Source of the DNA: Bacilli bacterium
GTDB lineage: Bacteria; Bacillota_I; Bacilli_A; RF39; UBA660
Direction: 5' to 3'
Length of the DNA stretch: 64,000 nucleotides
Assembly: GCA_017460745.1 (NCBI GenBank)
Contig: JAFUAL010000052.1
Span: forward strand, 2,749 to 66,748
Shown one piece after another: positions 18,432 to 28,822 of the stretch. The notes beneath the pieces are model-generated. The model was given only the letters and a program-made list of their open reading frames with translations, ran no database searches and was not told the origin of the DNA. The stretch's first letter is position 1. The number at the start of each line of letters is the position of its first letter. The translations under genes were made by a program, and so were the position numbers.

Positions 18432-18915
18432 TAATTTTCAACTTCTCCACTTCGTTTATAACATATTGTTTAGTTTCTTCAAATGATTTTCCAAGAACAA
18501 CAGAAAATTCAGTATATAAATATTTTTCTGCCTGTTCAAAATAATTTTTATCTTTATCACTTATTTTTCTTTTGGCATCTATTCTATTTTTATTTCTTAG
18601 ATATGTAGTTTTAATAATTTTAATTAAGTTTTCATGAGTTGGGTTATTTAATAAATCTTTATAAATACTTTCAATATTTTTATCATCAACATCAAGGTAT
18701 TCTATATTCATCATATTATTAATGATATTATTTACTTCATCTTTAGTTATTGTTTCTCTTATATATTTACTATCAACTGGTACTTTTAGTTTTAAAGAAT
18801 TATCACTTACAGATTCTAAAACATAATAATCCTTATTTTTCATATATTTATTTTTAATATCAACTATTTTACAAACCTCTTTTTTATGAATTACATAATC
18901 GCCTATGTTATACAT
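18424..18915 (-). CDS. CarD/CdnL-family RNA-polymerase-binding regulator
   Basis: N-terminal Tudor-like RID: MYNIGDYVIHKKEVCKIVDI...YYVLESVSD..LKLKVPVDS..IRETITKDEV. It overlaps the downstream alpha-CTD-like gene by 8 nt. Confidence 0.75.
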   Translation of the reverse strand: MYNIGDYVIHKKEVCKIVDIKNKYMKNKDYYVLESVSDNSLKLKVPVDSKYIRETITKDEVNNIINNMMNIEYLDVDDKNIESIYKDLLNNPTHENLIKIIKTTYLRNKNRIDAKRKISDKDKNYFEQAEKYLYTEFSVVLGKSFEETKQYVINEVEKLKINE

Positions 18916-19035
18916 ATAATACCTCCTGTTTCTTTCCTTTTGTCCCTTATATTATACCATTAAATTGGGATTTTTGTAAGTTTAAATTTCTTTTTAATAT
19001 AATGTATGATATTATAAATATGTATTGGTGAGCTT

Positions 19036-20562
19036 ATGAAATATAATTTAAATGTTTTAAAATTTGAAATAAATAATATATACATAAAAGATATAATTGA
19101 TGATAAAAGTTATTTTATTGGTTATAGTATATTTTCAAGTATTTTAAATGATCAAGATAATTATTTAAAATTTAAGAGTGGATTACTTGATAATAATATT
19201 TCAACAATTACTATATTAAATAATCAAGATAAAATATTAGAAGTTAATAAAATAGTCTTTTTAGAAGGTATTTTTCAGTACTTAGAAAGGAATAATTTAG
19301 ATAATCAAGAATTACATGATATTTATCAAAACTTAAATTATAGTAATTATGTTAATAAAAATTCTATATATAATTTAGATATAGATAATAAAAATTATTC
19401 TTTTGATATATTGGATTATTTTTCTTTTTTAGAATTATCTGATGATTTATATAACAAAGCAATAAATGAATTAGAATATAAAGGAGTAGATTTAGAATAC
19501 TTTACTTATAGTTTAATTAGTTATTTTAAAGAAAATAAATTATTTTCAAAATATGTTTTTAGTGATTCTATTAAAAATCGTTTTATAGATTTAATGCAAT
19601 ATAAAAAGATTGACTGTGAGGCACTTAATAAAATTTTAATCACTAAAGATAATTTATCTAATAAATTCGATTTAAGTAATGATATTAAAGATATACTTAA
19701 TACGAAATATGATAATGATAAATTAAAAAATATAATTATGTGTTATATTAAACTTTGTAAAACTTTTAATTATGATGAAATATATTATTTAGATGAATCT
19801 AATGTCGATACTTTAAAACATCATGATTATAATTATCTATCTCAGATTAATAAAACTAATAATAAGATAGTTTGTTTTGAATTTACTAGTATTTTTGGTT
19901 ATTATTTAAATAGTTTAGGCATAAATTATGAAGTTATAGGAATGAGTGATTATGGAATACATTCATATTTAGTATTTCGTTTAGATAATTATTTAATTAA
20001 AGTAGAAGCTATAAAGTCTGTTTTTGATAATGATTTAACTAATGTTAGAATTAAGTTTCCTTTAACTGGTATTGAATGTCTTAATAAAAATGACTTAACT
20101 CGTGAAAAGTTTAATGATATTTTAGATGATTGTTATAAATCTAGTTTAGTTAGTTTTGAAAATGATTATTTACCAACTAACAAAATAAATAATAGTAATG
20201 ATTTAGGAAATTTAAATGATTATATATTAAAAATAGATTTGATTTTTAAAAAGATTAAAGATTTAGATTTGTCAGTTATTGATAAGTTAAGTTATTTTAA
20301 AAAATTAATAAAATTAGTATTTACAAGTCGTGAATTAGAATTAAATGTTTTTTATACTACTTTAACAAGTTTTTCTGATGTTGTTTTTGTAATTGCTTTA
20401 AATCAAGTTAGTTATCAGAATTTAGATAATATCTATTTAATATATGAAAATAATAACTTATCTATTATAAAGAAAGAAGAATTAGAAAGTAAAATACAAA
20501 ACAATGAATTTAGTTATTTAACAAGTAAAGAAATACCTGGTATTAATAGAAAAAGAAAATAA
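19036..20562 (+). CDS. hypothetical 508-aa protein, possibly with a transglutaminase-like Cys-His core
   Basis: Long ORF with normal codon usage. The segment IVCFEFTSIFGYYLNSLGINYEVIG...GIHSYLVFRLDNYLIKVEA resembles the C...H...D/E arrangement of transglutaminase-fold proteins. This similarity is weak. Confidence 0.5.
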   Translation: MKYNLNVLKFEINNIYIKDIIDDKSYFIGYSIFSSILNDQDNYLKFKSGLLDNNISTITILNNQDKILEVNKIVFLEGIFQYLERNNLDNQELHDIYQNLNYSNYVNKNSIYNLDIDNKNYSFDILDYFSFLELSDDLYNKAINELEYKGVDLEYFTYSLISYFKENKLFSKYVFSDSIKNRFIDLMQYKKIDCEALNKILITKDNLSNKFDLSNDIKDILNTKYDNDKLKNIIMCYIKLCKTFNYDEIYYLDESNVDTLKHHDYNYLSQINKTNNKIVCFEFTSIFGYYLNSLGINYEVIGMSDYGIHSYLVFRLDNYLIKVEAIKSVFDNDLTNVRIKFPLTGIECLNKNDLTREKFNDILDDCYKSSLVSFENDYLPTNKINNSNDLGNLNDYILKIDLIFKKIKDLDLSVIDKLSYFKKLIKLVFTSRELELNVFYTTLTSFSDVVFVIALNQVSYQNLDNIYLIYENNNLSIIKKEELESKIQNNEFSYLTSKEIPGINRKRK

Positions 20563-20574
20563 TTAAGTTATAAA

Positions 20575-21156
20575 TTATTTTCTTTTTTCTATAATTCTAT
20601 CAACAATTCCATATTCTAAAGCTTCTTTGCTATCTAAAAAATAATCTCTTTCTGTGTCGCGGGTAATTTCTTTAATATTCTTACCAGTATTAATAGATAG
20701 AATTTTATTTAATTTTTCTTTTAATTTTAATATTCTTTCAGCTACGATTTTTATTTCAGTTGCTTGTCCTTCAACACCACCAAGGGGTTGATGAATCATT
20801 ACTTCAGCATTTGGTAAAATATATCTTTTTCCTTTTTTTCCACAAGAAAGAAGAAAAGCTCCCATTGAGGCTGCCATTCCAATACAAATAGTAGAGACAT
20901 CACTTTTTATAAAATTCATCGTATCCATAATAGCCATTCCAGAGGTAATTGAACCACCTGGTGAATTAATATATAAACTAATATCTTCATTGTTAATTGA
21001 ATCTAGATATAATAATTCACTTACGATTATATTTGCTTGATTATCATCAATTTCGCCACTTAAAATAATAATTCTATCTTTTAAAAGACGAGAGAATATA
21101 TCATAACTTCGTTCACCATTACTACTTTTATCCACAATAACAGGAACTAAATTCAT
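20575..21156 (-). CDS. clpP: ATP-dependent Clp protease proteolytic subunit
   Basis: [16 protein letters not shown], catalytic Ser in [11 protein letters not shown], and His in MIHQPLGG. Confidence 0.97.
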   Translation of the reverse strand: MNLVPVIVDKSSNGERSYDIFSRLLKDRIIILSGEIDDNQANIIVSELLYLDSINNEDISLYINSPGGSITSGMAIMDTMNFIKSDVSTICIGMAASMGAFLLSCGKKGKRYILPNAEVMIHQPLGGVEGQATEIKIVAERILKLKEKLNKILSINTGKNIKEITRDTERDYFLDSKEALEYGIVDRIIEKRK

Positions 21157-21194
21157 TTTATCACCTATAGGTAATATATGTTAAATAGAATATT

Positions 21195-22094
21195 TTATAC
21201 ATTGTATTTTTTTAAAGTTTCTATGCTATTTAAGAATTTCATTTTTTCTTCAACATTCAATTTTAAATCTATTATTTCTCTAATACCATCTCTATTAAGT
21301 ATAGCAGGACTACTAATATATAAATCATTTTCTTTATTATAACAAGATACTGTCATGATTAGATTTTCATCACCAAGAATGGCGTTTGTAATTTTAACAA
21401 GACAAATTCCAATTCCAAAGTTCGTGAATCCTTTTTTTTCAATTATATAATAAGCAGAGTTTTTTACTTCTTGTTCAATTTCTATTAATTCGTTTTTATT
21501 TAAATAGTTTTTAATTGGATTTAATCCAATAGTTGTATTGTTCCATGAAACAAATTCTGAGTCACCATGTTCTCCAATAACATATGCATGAACGTTTTTG
21601 GGATTTATATGTAATTTTTCTCCAACTAGAAATCTAAGTCTTGCAGAGTCAAGTGATGTGCCGCTTCCAATTACTTTGTTATGTGGAAAGTGAGATGCTT
21701 TATAAACAATATTAGTCATTATATCGAGTGGGTTAGTTGCAATTAAAAATATTCCATTGAAACCATTACTAATTACTTTATTTACAATATCTTCCATGAT
21801 TGTTTTGTTTCTATTTAAAAGTTCTAGTCGAGATTCTCCAGGTAATTGATTAACCCCTGCTGCAATACATATAATATCAGCGTCATGAGTATCTTCATAA
21901 CTTCCAGCGTATATTTTAATTTTAGAAGGTGCAAATGCTAGACAATGATTTAAATCCATTGCTTCACCTAATGCTTTATCTTTATTAATATCAATTAATA
22001 CTAATTCATTTACATATGTTCTTTGATTAAGTAATGCATAGGCATAAGATACTCCAACATTACCACATCCAATTATTGCTACTTTATTTTTCAT
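21195..22094 (-). CDS. ldh: L-lactate dehydrogenase
   Basis: Rossmann motif VAIIGCGNVG, GSGTSLDSARLR, and VIGEHGDSEF (catalytic His). Confidence 0.9.
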   Translation of the reverse strand: MKNKVAIIGCGNVGVSYAYALLNQRTYVNELVLIDINKDKALGEAMDLNHCLAFAPSKIKIYAGSYEDTHDADIICIAAGVNQLPGESRLELLNRNKTIMEDIVNKVISNGFNGIFLIATNPLDIMTNIVYKASHFPHNKVIGSGTSLDSARLRFLVGEKLHINPKNVHAYVIGEHGDSEFVSWNNTTIGLNPIKNYLNKNELIEIEQEVKNSAYYIIEKKGFTNFGIGICLVKITNAILGDENLIMTVSCYNKENDLYISSPAILNRDGIREIIDLKLNVEEKMKFLNSIETLKKYNV

Positions 22095-22228
22095 ATTTTT
22101 ATCCTTTCATTGTTATTTTATCAAAAAAATGTATTCTTAATCAATTTTTTTAAACTTTTATAGGAATATTTACGTAAAGTCTTGCTTTTGTTTTTAATAA
22201 TATTATATAATACATTTGGGAGGTCATT

Positions 22229-23650
22229 ATGAAGAAACATAATACATTAAAGGTACTACTTATCGCAATTCTATTTACATTTTTACTTACTTGGATATTA
22301 CCTATAACTTATTATAGTGGTGGATTACAAACTGATGTTAGATATCCTGCTGGATTATTTGATATGTTTAATTATCCAACACTTACACTTTATTATTTTG
22401 GAACAATTGCCATTTATGTTTTAGCAGTTGGTGCATTTTATGGTGTATTTAATAAAACTGGTGTATTCAAGAAAATTGTTGATAAAATTGCAAAATTATT
22501 TAAAGGAAAGGAAATATTATTCTTTATCACTTTAGTAACACTTTTAGCAGTTATGGTTGCATTTTGTGGATTTAACTATGAATTAATTTTTGTTTTACCA
22601 TTTGTTGCTGCTTTAATAATTACTATGGGATATGATAAGATGACAGTTGCTCTTACTTTTGTAGGATCAATTGCTGTTGGAACAATAGGTAGTTTATTTG
22701 CTAAAGAAATAACTGGTACGTATCTAGAACAATTATCAACTACTTATACTGATCTTATTTGGTTTAGAGTAGGTATATTAGTACTAGGAATAGCTCTTTT
22801 GGTATTTAATATTGTTTATCGTATTAGAAAGAAAGATATTAAAAAAGAAGAGGATAAAGAATTAATTCCAGAAAAAGTAGAAGTTAAGACTAAGAAAGGA
22901 AAAGTTAAAGCATCTTGGCCAGCAATTGTAATCTTTGATTTAATAATTATCTTAATGATAATGGGAATGCTAGATTTTAGTGGAGCATTTAATATCAATA
23001 TATTTGATACATTCCATCAAAACGTTATGTCATTTGCTATAAAGGATTATACAATTTTTGCTAAAATACTTGGTAGCACACTTCAAAATTCAAGTTTAGG
23101 AAGTTGGTCAAATAGTGAGTTTACAACTATTATTGTACTAGCAACATTTGTTTTAGCACTTATTTATCGTATTAAATTAAGTGATTTATTTGAAAATATG
23201 ACAAGTGGAGCTAAGAAATTTGGACTTAGTGCATTCTTAATGGTTCTTGCATATACAGTATTAATTACAACATCAAATCATCCAATTGTACTTACAATAC
23301 TTAATCCATTAATGTCTATTACAAATGGATTTAATAGTGTTACACTTTCAATTTCAATGTTTGTTGCAAGCATATTTAATATTGATGTTTATTATACAGC
23401 ATCAGCTATGGTGCCTTATGCAATGAGTATTATAACAGATACAAGTGTTTATCCATTAGTAGAACTTATTTGTCAATCAATGCATGGACTTGCTATATTA
23501 GTAGCTCCAACAAGTATTGTTTTACTTGGAACAATTGCATATCTAAAAATTAATTATACAGAATGGTTCAAAAATATTTGGAAATTCTTCTTAGAAGTAT
23601 TCTTCTTATTATTTATCTTCTTTATAATAATTAATTTAGTTATAGCTTAA
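22229..23650 (+). CDS. multi-pass membrane transporter, YfcC/ion-transporter-superfamily-like
   Basis: About 11-12 hydrophobic helices and a central charged loop (RKKDIKKEEDKELIPEKVEVKTKKGK). The N-terminal region resembles YfcC-type proteins. Substrate is unknown. Confidence 0.55.
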   Translation: MKKHNTLKVLLIAILFTFLLTWILPITYYSGGLQTDVRYPAGLFDMFNYPTLTLYYFGTIAIYVLAVGAFYGVFNKTGVFKKIVDKIAKLFKGKEILFFITLVTLLAVMVAFCGFNYELIFVLPFVAALIITMGYDKMTVALTFVGSIAVGTIGSLFAKEITGTYLEQLSTTYTDLIWFRVGILVLGIALLVFNIVYRIRKKDIKKEEDKELIPEKVEVKTKKGKVKASWPAIVIFDLIIILMIMGMLDFSGAFNINIFDTFHQNVMSFAIKDYTIFAKILGSTLQNSSLGSWSNSEFTTIIVLATFVLALIYRIKLSDLFENMTSGAKKFGLSAFLMVLAYTVLITTSNHPIVLTILNPLMSITNGFNSVTLSISMFVASIFNIDVYYTASAMVPYAMSIITDTSVYPLVELICQSMHGLAILVAPTSIVLLGTIAYLKINYTEWFKNIWKFFLEVFFLLFIFFIIINLVIA

Positions 23651-23788
23651 TAAAATAAAAATCATTACATTGTAATGTTTTTTTTTCTTTATTTTGTGTT
23701 AAATTATGTTAAATAAATAAAAAGTAATGCAAATAAATTTAAAAAATATGCTATACTAATCTTAGAATAAAGAAGGTATGGTGATATT

Positions 23789-25438
23789 GTGCTTGAGAAT
23801 ATTAAGGTTTCTGTTAATGGAAAAAGTGTAGATGTAAAAAAAGGTATAACTTTACTTGAACTTAGTAAGATGTATCAAGAAGATTTTTTACATAGAATAG
23901 TAATTGCTAAGATGGATTCTGATTATCATGAATTAAATGATACTATTAATAAGCCATGTAAGATTGAATTTTTTGATTTAACAACATCTTTTGCTAATAG
24001 AGTATATTTGAATGGTTTAATATTCCTTGCTAATTTTTGTTTTACGGAGCTATTTGGTAAAAAGGGATATTTACTTACTAGATATTCAGCAGATAAAGGA
24101 TTATATATTGAATCAACTTGTAAATTAACCCGTGAGATGGTTCGTGATTTAGAACTTCATATGATGGATGCCGTAAGAAAAAATTTAAAAATTCATAAAG
24201 TAACTATTCTGCGTGATGATGCAATTAATTATTTTACAGAAATTGGAGATACTAAAAAGGCAGGATTACTTGAATATATTACAAATACTTATGTTAATTT
24301 GTATAGAATAGGTAACACGTACAATTATATGTTTAGTTTAATGCCAAGTGATACATCATGTCTTAATGAATTTAGATTAACTTACTTAAATGAAGATGGT
24401 TTAATTTTAAGATTTCCAACAGTCTACTCTAATGGAGAAATACCAAGATATAAACATCATTCAAAACTATTTGATGTGTTTAAAGAGTCCAAAGACTGGT
24501 GTAAGTTAGTAAATCTTGAAACATCTGTTGATTTAAATAATATAATAACAAGTGGTAAAATATATGATTTAATTAAAATAAATGAAACTTTATATAGTGC
24601 TAAATTACTTGAAACAGCTAAAAAAATTGCAAGTGATAAAAGAATAAAATTTGTTTTAATATCTGGACCTTCATCAAGTGGAAAAACAACAACTACTAAA
24701 AAATTATCAATGTATTTTAGATGCTTTGGATTAAGTCCAAAAGTATTATCAATGGATGATTTCTTTGTTGAAAGAGAAGATACTCCTAAAAAATCAAATG
24801 GTGAATATGATTTTGAATGTCTTGAAGCTGTTGATTTAAAATTATTTAATAAAACAATGGAAAAGTTGTTAAAAGGAGAGGAAGTAACACTTCCAACATT
24901 TAACTTTTTAACTGGTAAAAAGGAATACAAAAAGAAAATGAAACTCCTTGAACATGATATTTTGCTAATTGAAGGAATTCATTGTTTAAATCCAAGTATT
25001 TTAGAAAATATTAATTCAAGTAATAAAGTTAAAATATATTTATCAGCTTTAACTGAAATAAATATTGATAAAGATAATCGTATTTCCACAACTGATAATC
25101 GTTTAATTAGAAGATTGATTAGAGATTATTATACAAGAGGGTATGAACCAAGTGAAACATTAAAACTTTGGGAAAATGTGAGACTTGGAGAAGAAAATAA
25201 TATCTTTACATTCCAAGATGAAGCAGATATTACAATTAATACAGGACTAGTATATGAATTTCCTGTACTGAAAGTATATGCTTTACCACTTTTGTATAAG
25301 GTTAAAAGAGATAATCCTTATTATGAGGATGCTAAAAGATTAATAAGACTTTTAGATATATTTTTACCTGTTGCAAGTGAAAATATTCCAAATGATTCTA
25401 TTTTAAGAGAATTTATTGGTGGAAGTTATTTTGAATAG
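23789..25438 (+). CDS. uridine/nucleoside kinase family protein with an N-terminal TGS-like/ThrRS-like extension
   Basis: P-loop ISGPSSSGKTTTTKKL followed by a PRK/uridine-kinase-type core (LLIEGIHCLNP, RRLIRDYYTRG). GTG start. Confidence 0.75.
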   Translation: MLENIKVSVNGKSVDVKKGITLLELSKMYQEDFLHRIVIAKMDSDYHELNDTINKPCKIEFFDLTTSFANRVYLNGLIFLANFCFTELFGKKGYLLTRYSADKGLYIESTCKLTREMVRDLELHMMDAVRKNLKIHKVTILRDDAINYFTEIGDTKKAGLLEYITNTYVNLYRIGNTYNYMFSLMPSDTSCLNEFRLTYLNEDGLILRFPTVYSNGEIPRYKHHSKLFDVFKESKDWCKLVNLETSVDLNNIITSGKIYDLIKINETLYSAKLLETAKKIASDKRIKFVLISGPSSSGKTTTTKKLSMYFRCFGLSPKVLSMDDFFVEREDTPKKSNGEYDFECLEAVDLKLFNKTMEKLLKGEEVTLPTFNFLTGKKEYKKKMKLLEHDILLIEGIHCLNPSILENINSSNKVKIYLSALTEINIDKDNRISTTDNRLIRRLIRDYYTRGYEPSETLKLWENVRLGEENNIFTFQDEADITINTGLVYEFPVLKVYALPLLYKVKRDNPYYEDAKRLIRLLDIFLPVASENIPNDSILREFIGGSYFE

Positions 25439-25452
25439 AAAAGGAGAGAAAA

Positions 25453-26463
25453 ATGAAAGTAGGAATTAATGGATTTGGTCGTATAGGACGACTAGTATTT
25501 CGTATAATGGAAAGTGAATTTAAAGATTTAGAGGTAGTAGCAATTAATGATTTAACGGAAGCAGGTGATTTAGCATATTTGCTTAAGTATGATACTAATC
25601 ATCGTAATTACAAGGTAAATGATATAACAAGTGATGAAAATAATTTAATAGTAGATGGAAGAAAAATAAAAATATATAAAGAAATGAATCCTGAGAATTT
25701 ACCTTGGGGTGAACTTGGAATTGATATTGTATTTGAATGTACAGGTCATTTTACAAGTTTAGATAAGGCACGTAGTCATATTAAAGCAGGAGCTCGTCAT
25801 GTAATAGTATCTGCACCTTGTAAGGGAGACGTTAAAACTATAGTTTATAATGTTAACCATCATGATTTAGATGGAACTGAAGAAGTAATAAGTGCTGCAA
25901 GTTGTACAACTAACTGTTTAGCACCAGTTTTGGATATTCTAGAAAAAAATATTGGAATTGAGTCTGGATATATGACAACAGTTCATGCTTATACTAACGA
26001 TCAAGTAACTCTTGATGTTGCTCATCCAAAGGGAATTATGTCTCGTCGTGGACGTGCTTGTGCTGCAAATATTGTTCCAACTTCAACGGGTGCTGCTAGT
26101 GCCATAGGAGCAGTTATTCCAAGTTTAAAAGGAAAAATGCAAGGAATTGCTTTACGTGTTCCTGTAAGTGATGGAAGTGTAGTAGATTTAGTTTTAAAAT
26201 TAAAGAAAAAAGTAACTAAAGAAGAATTAAATAATTTAATTTCTAGTAATCAAAACGAAACAATTATGATTACAAATGACCCAATTGTTTCAAGCGATGT
26301 AATTGGTTCAAATTATGGCTCAGTAGTTGATTCTTTATCAACAGATGTTTTGGATACGGAAGATGGACAACTTGTAAAAATAATATCTTGGTATGATAAT
26401 GAAATGGGATATTCTTATCAAATGGTAAGAACAGCATCATTCCTTGCTAGTAAATCTAAATAA
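25453..26463 (+). CDS. gap: type I glyceraldehyde-3-phosphate dehydrogenase
   Basis: INGFGRIGR, ASCTTNCLAP (catalytic Cys), and WYDNEMGYS. Confidence 0.97.
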   Translation: MKVGINGFGRIGRLVFRIMESEFKDLEVVAINDLTEAGDLAYLLKYDTNHRNYKVNDITSDENNLIVDGRKIKIYKEMNPENLPWGELGIDIVFECTGHFTSLDKARSHIKAGARHVIVSAPCKGDVKTIVYNVNHHDLDGTEEVISAASCTTNCLAPVLDILEKNIGIESGYMTTVHAYTNDQVTLDVAHPKGIMSRRGRACAANIVPTSTGAASAIGAVIPSLKGKMQGIALRVPVSDGSVVDLVLKLKKKVTKEELNNLISSNQNETIMITNDPIVSSDVIGSNYGSVVDSLSTDVLDTEDGQLVKIISWYDNEMGYSYQMVRTASFLASKSK

Positions 26464-26489
26464 TTGAAAAAATATGAAAGGTAGATAAT

Positions 26490-27095
26490 ATGGATTTAAT
26501 ATTATATTTTATAAGAGATACTATATCAGGAACGTTTTATTTTATTTATGCATCAATTTCACTTATTTGTATGTTTGCAATTATAGGTTATTTGTTAAAA
26601 GGAAAATATGGTAAACTTGAAATAAAACTTGCTACTAGTCAAAGTAATGCAAATTCATCTAATTCTGTAGATCCAAATGCAAAGGGAGTAATTAATGAGT
26701 CAAATACTAATGTATTAGAAAATATAAGCAATTTAACAGGAGTAAAATTAACTGGTGAAAATCAAATGCTTGGTGATGTTAGCAATACTATGATTCAAAA
26801 TACGAATAATGAATTTGTATCTAATGTGGAATCAGAGCCAGTTATAAAAAAACAAGATAATATAACTACTATAAGTAATAATGTAGTTGACTCGACGGTT
26901 AATGATAATATTAAGTATTTTGAGGAAGAATCATTTGAACCAACTAAAAAGATTAATCCAACGCCTATGCCATCTACTACTGAAGAAGTGATTAGTCCTG
27001 AACCTATGCCAGCAACAGAGGAACCACCTGCAGCAGTAAAAATTGATTCCGATACTTCCAAATTAAGTGAATCCATACCTGAATTAAAATTATAA
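26490..27095 (+). CDS. membrane-anchored low-complexity protein (hypothetical)
   Basis: One N-terminal TM (FYFIYASISLICMFAIIGYLL), then an Asn/Ser/Thr/Pro-rich region. No recognisable domain. Confidence 0.45.
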   Translation: MDLILYFIRDTISGTFYFIYASISLICMFAIIGYLLKGKYGKLEIKLATSQSNANSSNSVDPNAKGVINESNTNVLENISNLTGVKLTGENQMLGDVSNTMIQNTNNEFVSNVESEPVIKKQDNITTISNNVVDSTVNDNIKYFEEESFEPTKKINPTPMPSTTEEVISPEPMPATEEPPAAVKIDSDTSKLSESIPELKL

Positions 27096-27140
27096 AGTTT
27101 TAGAAAAGAATGTATTCTTTCTAAAACTTTTTATTTTTTT
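27095..27140 (+). terminator. Rho-independent terminator
   Basis: AAGTTTTAGAAAAGAA / TTCTTTCTAAAACTT long stem (one bulged base) with loop TGTA and a T run. Confidence 0.75.
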
Positions 27141-27198
27141 GTTTAAATTTGACGATTATATGCTATAATTAACTTATTAGAAAATAAGGCGGTGAAAT

Positions 27199-27897
27199 AT
27201 GGAATTCATTAGATTTAAGAATGTAACTAAAAAGTATAAAAATGGAGTCGTAGCATTATATGACTTAAATATAAGCATTGAAAAAGGAGATTTTTGTTTT
27301 GTAATAGGTGGTTCAGGAAGTGGAAAGAGTACTTTTACAAAACTTTTATATAGAGAAGAAAAACCAACTAAAGGAGAAATTATTTTAGGTGGTTTAAAAG
27401 TTAATAAGTTAAGAAATTCTAATGTATATAAATTAAGAAGAAAACTTGGTATAGTTTTCCAAGATTATAGATTACTTCCTAAGGCAAATGTTTATGAAAA
27501 TGTTGCTTTTGCACTTGAAGTAATGGGAGAGAGTAAAAAAGAAATACGACCTAAAGTATTAAAAGCTTTAGAACTTGTTGGACTTAAAAGTAAACTACGT
27601 GATTACCCAGATGATTTATCAGGAGGTCAACAACAAAGAGTAGCCATTGCTCGTGCTATAGTAAATGATCCAAAACTTTTAATATGTGATGAACCAACTG
27701 GAAACTTAGATCCAGTTATGAGTATGGAAATAGTAGAATTACTAGCTGACATTAATAAAAAAGTAGGAACAACAGTTATCATGGTAACTCATGATAAAGA
27801 AATAGTTAATAATATGAAAAAACATGTAATTGCCCTTAAAGATGGACATTTATATAAAGATTATAAAGAGGGGGAATACATAGATGAAATTCTTTAG
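27199..27897 (+). CDS. ftsE: cell-division ABC transporter ATP-binding protein FtsE
   Basis: Walker A GGSGSGKST, signature LSGGQQQRVAIARA, and Walker B LLICDEPTGNLD. It is followed by overlapping ftsX. Confidence 0.93.
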   Translation: MEFIRFKNVTKKYKNGVVALYDLNISIEKGDFCFVIGGSGSGKSTFTKLLYREEKPTKGEIILGGLKVNKLRNSNVYKLRRKLGIVFQDYRLLPKANVYENVAFALEVMGESKKEIRPKVLKALELVGLKSKLRDYPDDLSGGQQQRVAIARAIVNDPKLLICDEPTGNLDPVMSMEIVELLADINKKVGTTVIMVTHDKEIVNNMKKHVIALKDGHLYKDYKEGEYIDEIL

Positions 27898-28783
27898 ATT
27901 ATTAGGGAGAAGTGTCAGGGATGCCTTTAAAAGTGTTGGACGTAATTTTGCTTTATCACTTGCAAGTATATCATGTATTGTTGTAACTCTTACTATTATT
28001 GCTCTTTCAATTATTATATCTTACAATGTTAATAATTTTTCAGAAGAGTTAAAAAAAGATTTAACAATAGTTGCCTTTGTATCTAATGAAGCAGATGAAA
28101 CGGATTTAGATAAGGCTAAAAAAGAAATAGAAGCAATTGGTAATGTTGAAAGTGTAACATTTAAAGATAAATCTGAAATTATGAAAGAAATGATGGATGA
28201 AGATGATGCCTTTAAAACTGCTATGGGTGAATGGGATGCTGAATCCAATCCTTTGCAACATACTTATTTAATTAAAGTAAAAGATATTGAAAAAATAGGT
28301 GAAACTGCTACTACGATTAAAAATTTAACTAATATAGATGTTGTTAAATATGGTGAAGGAATGGTTGATCAATTAGTAACAGTATTCAAGGTAATTCAAA
28401 AAGTTGCTATTGTAGCCGTTGTTGCTCTTGTTTTGATGACTTTATTCTTAATAGTAAATACAATTAAGTTAACGATATTTTCAAGAAAAAGAGAAATATC
28501 TATTATGAGATTAGTTGGTGCAAGTAACTTTGCAATTAAACTTCCATTTGTAGTTGAAGGAATGGTACTTGGATTTATTGGTTCGATTATTCCTGTATTC
28601 GTTATGATATATGGATACTATTCTTTATATAATTACTTTGGTGGTAAGTTATTTACAGACCTAATAAAATTAGTAAAACCAGAACCATTTATTTATTTTG
28701 CAAGTATTATAGTTATGGTAATAGGAATACTTGTTGGTATGTTTGGTTCAGGCAGAGCAGTTAGAAAATATTTAAAAGTTTAA
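27884..28783 (+). CDS. ftsX: cell-division ABC transporter permease FtsX
   Basis: FtsX N-terminus (RSVRDAFKSVGRNFALSLASI), a large extracytoplasmic loop, three C-terminal TM helices, and IMRLVGAS. Confidence 0.9.
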   Translation: MKFFRLLGRSVRDAFKSVGRNFALSLASISCIVVTLTIIALSIIISYNVNNFSEELKKDLTIVAFVSNEADETDLDKAKKEIEAIGNVESVTFKDKSEIMKEMMDEDDAFKTAMGEWDAESNPLQHTYLIKVKDIEKIGETATTIKNLTNIDVVKYGEGMVDQLVTVFKVIQKVAIVAVVALVLMTLFLIVNTIKLTIFSRKREISIMRLVGASNFAIKLPFVVEGMVLGFIGSIIPVFVMIYGYYSLYNYFGGKLFTDLIKLVKPEPFIYFASIIVMVIGILVGMFGSGRAVRKYLKV

Positions 28784-28787
28784 TAAG

Positions 28788-28822
28788 AAAAGAAATGGAT
28801 TTAATTTTTATCCATTTCTTTT
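28788..28822. terminator. Bidirectional hairpin terminator between convergent genes
   Basis: Perfect 13-bp stem AAAAGAAATGGAT / ATCCATTTCTTTT with a 9-nt loop. It overlaps the last codons of the minus-strand gene. Confidence 0.7.

Noticed and set aside
22169-22178. A perfect 10-bp palindrome TTTACGTAAA in the divergent ldh/transporter intergenic region, considered as a possible operator.
   Set aside because: It is too short and AT-rich to distinguish from chance in this genome. It matches neither the Rex (TTGTGAA-N-TTCACAA) nor the cre consensus.
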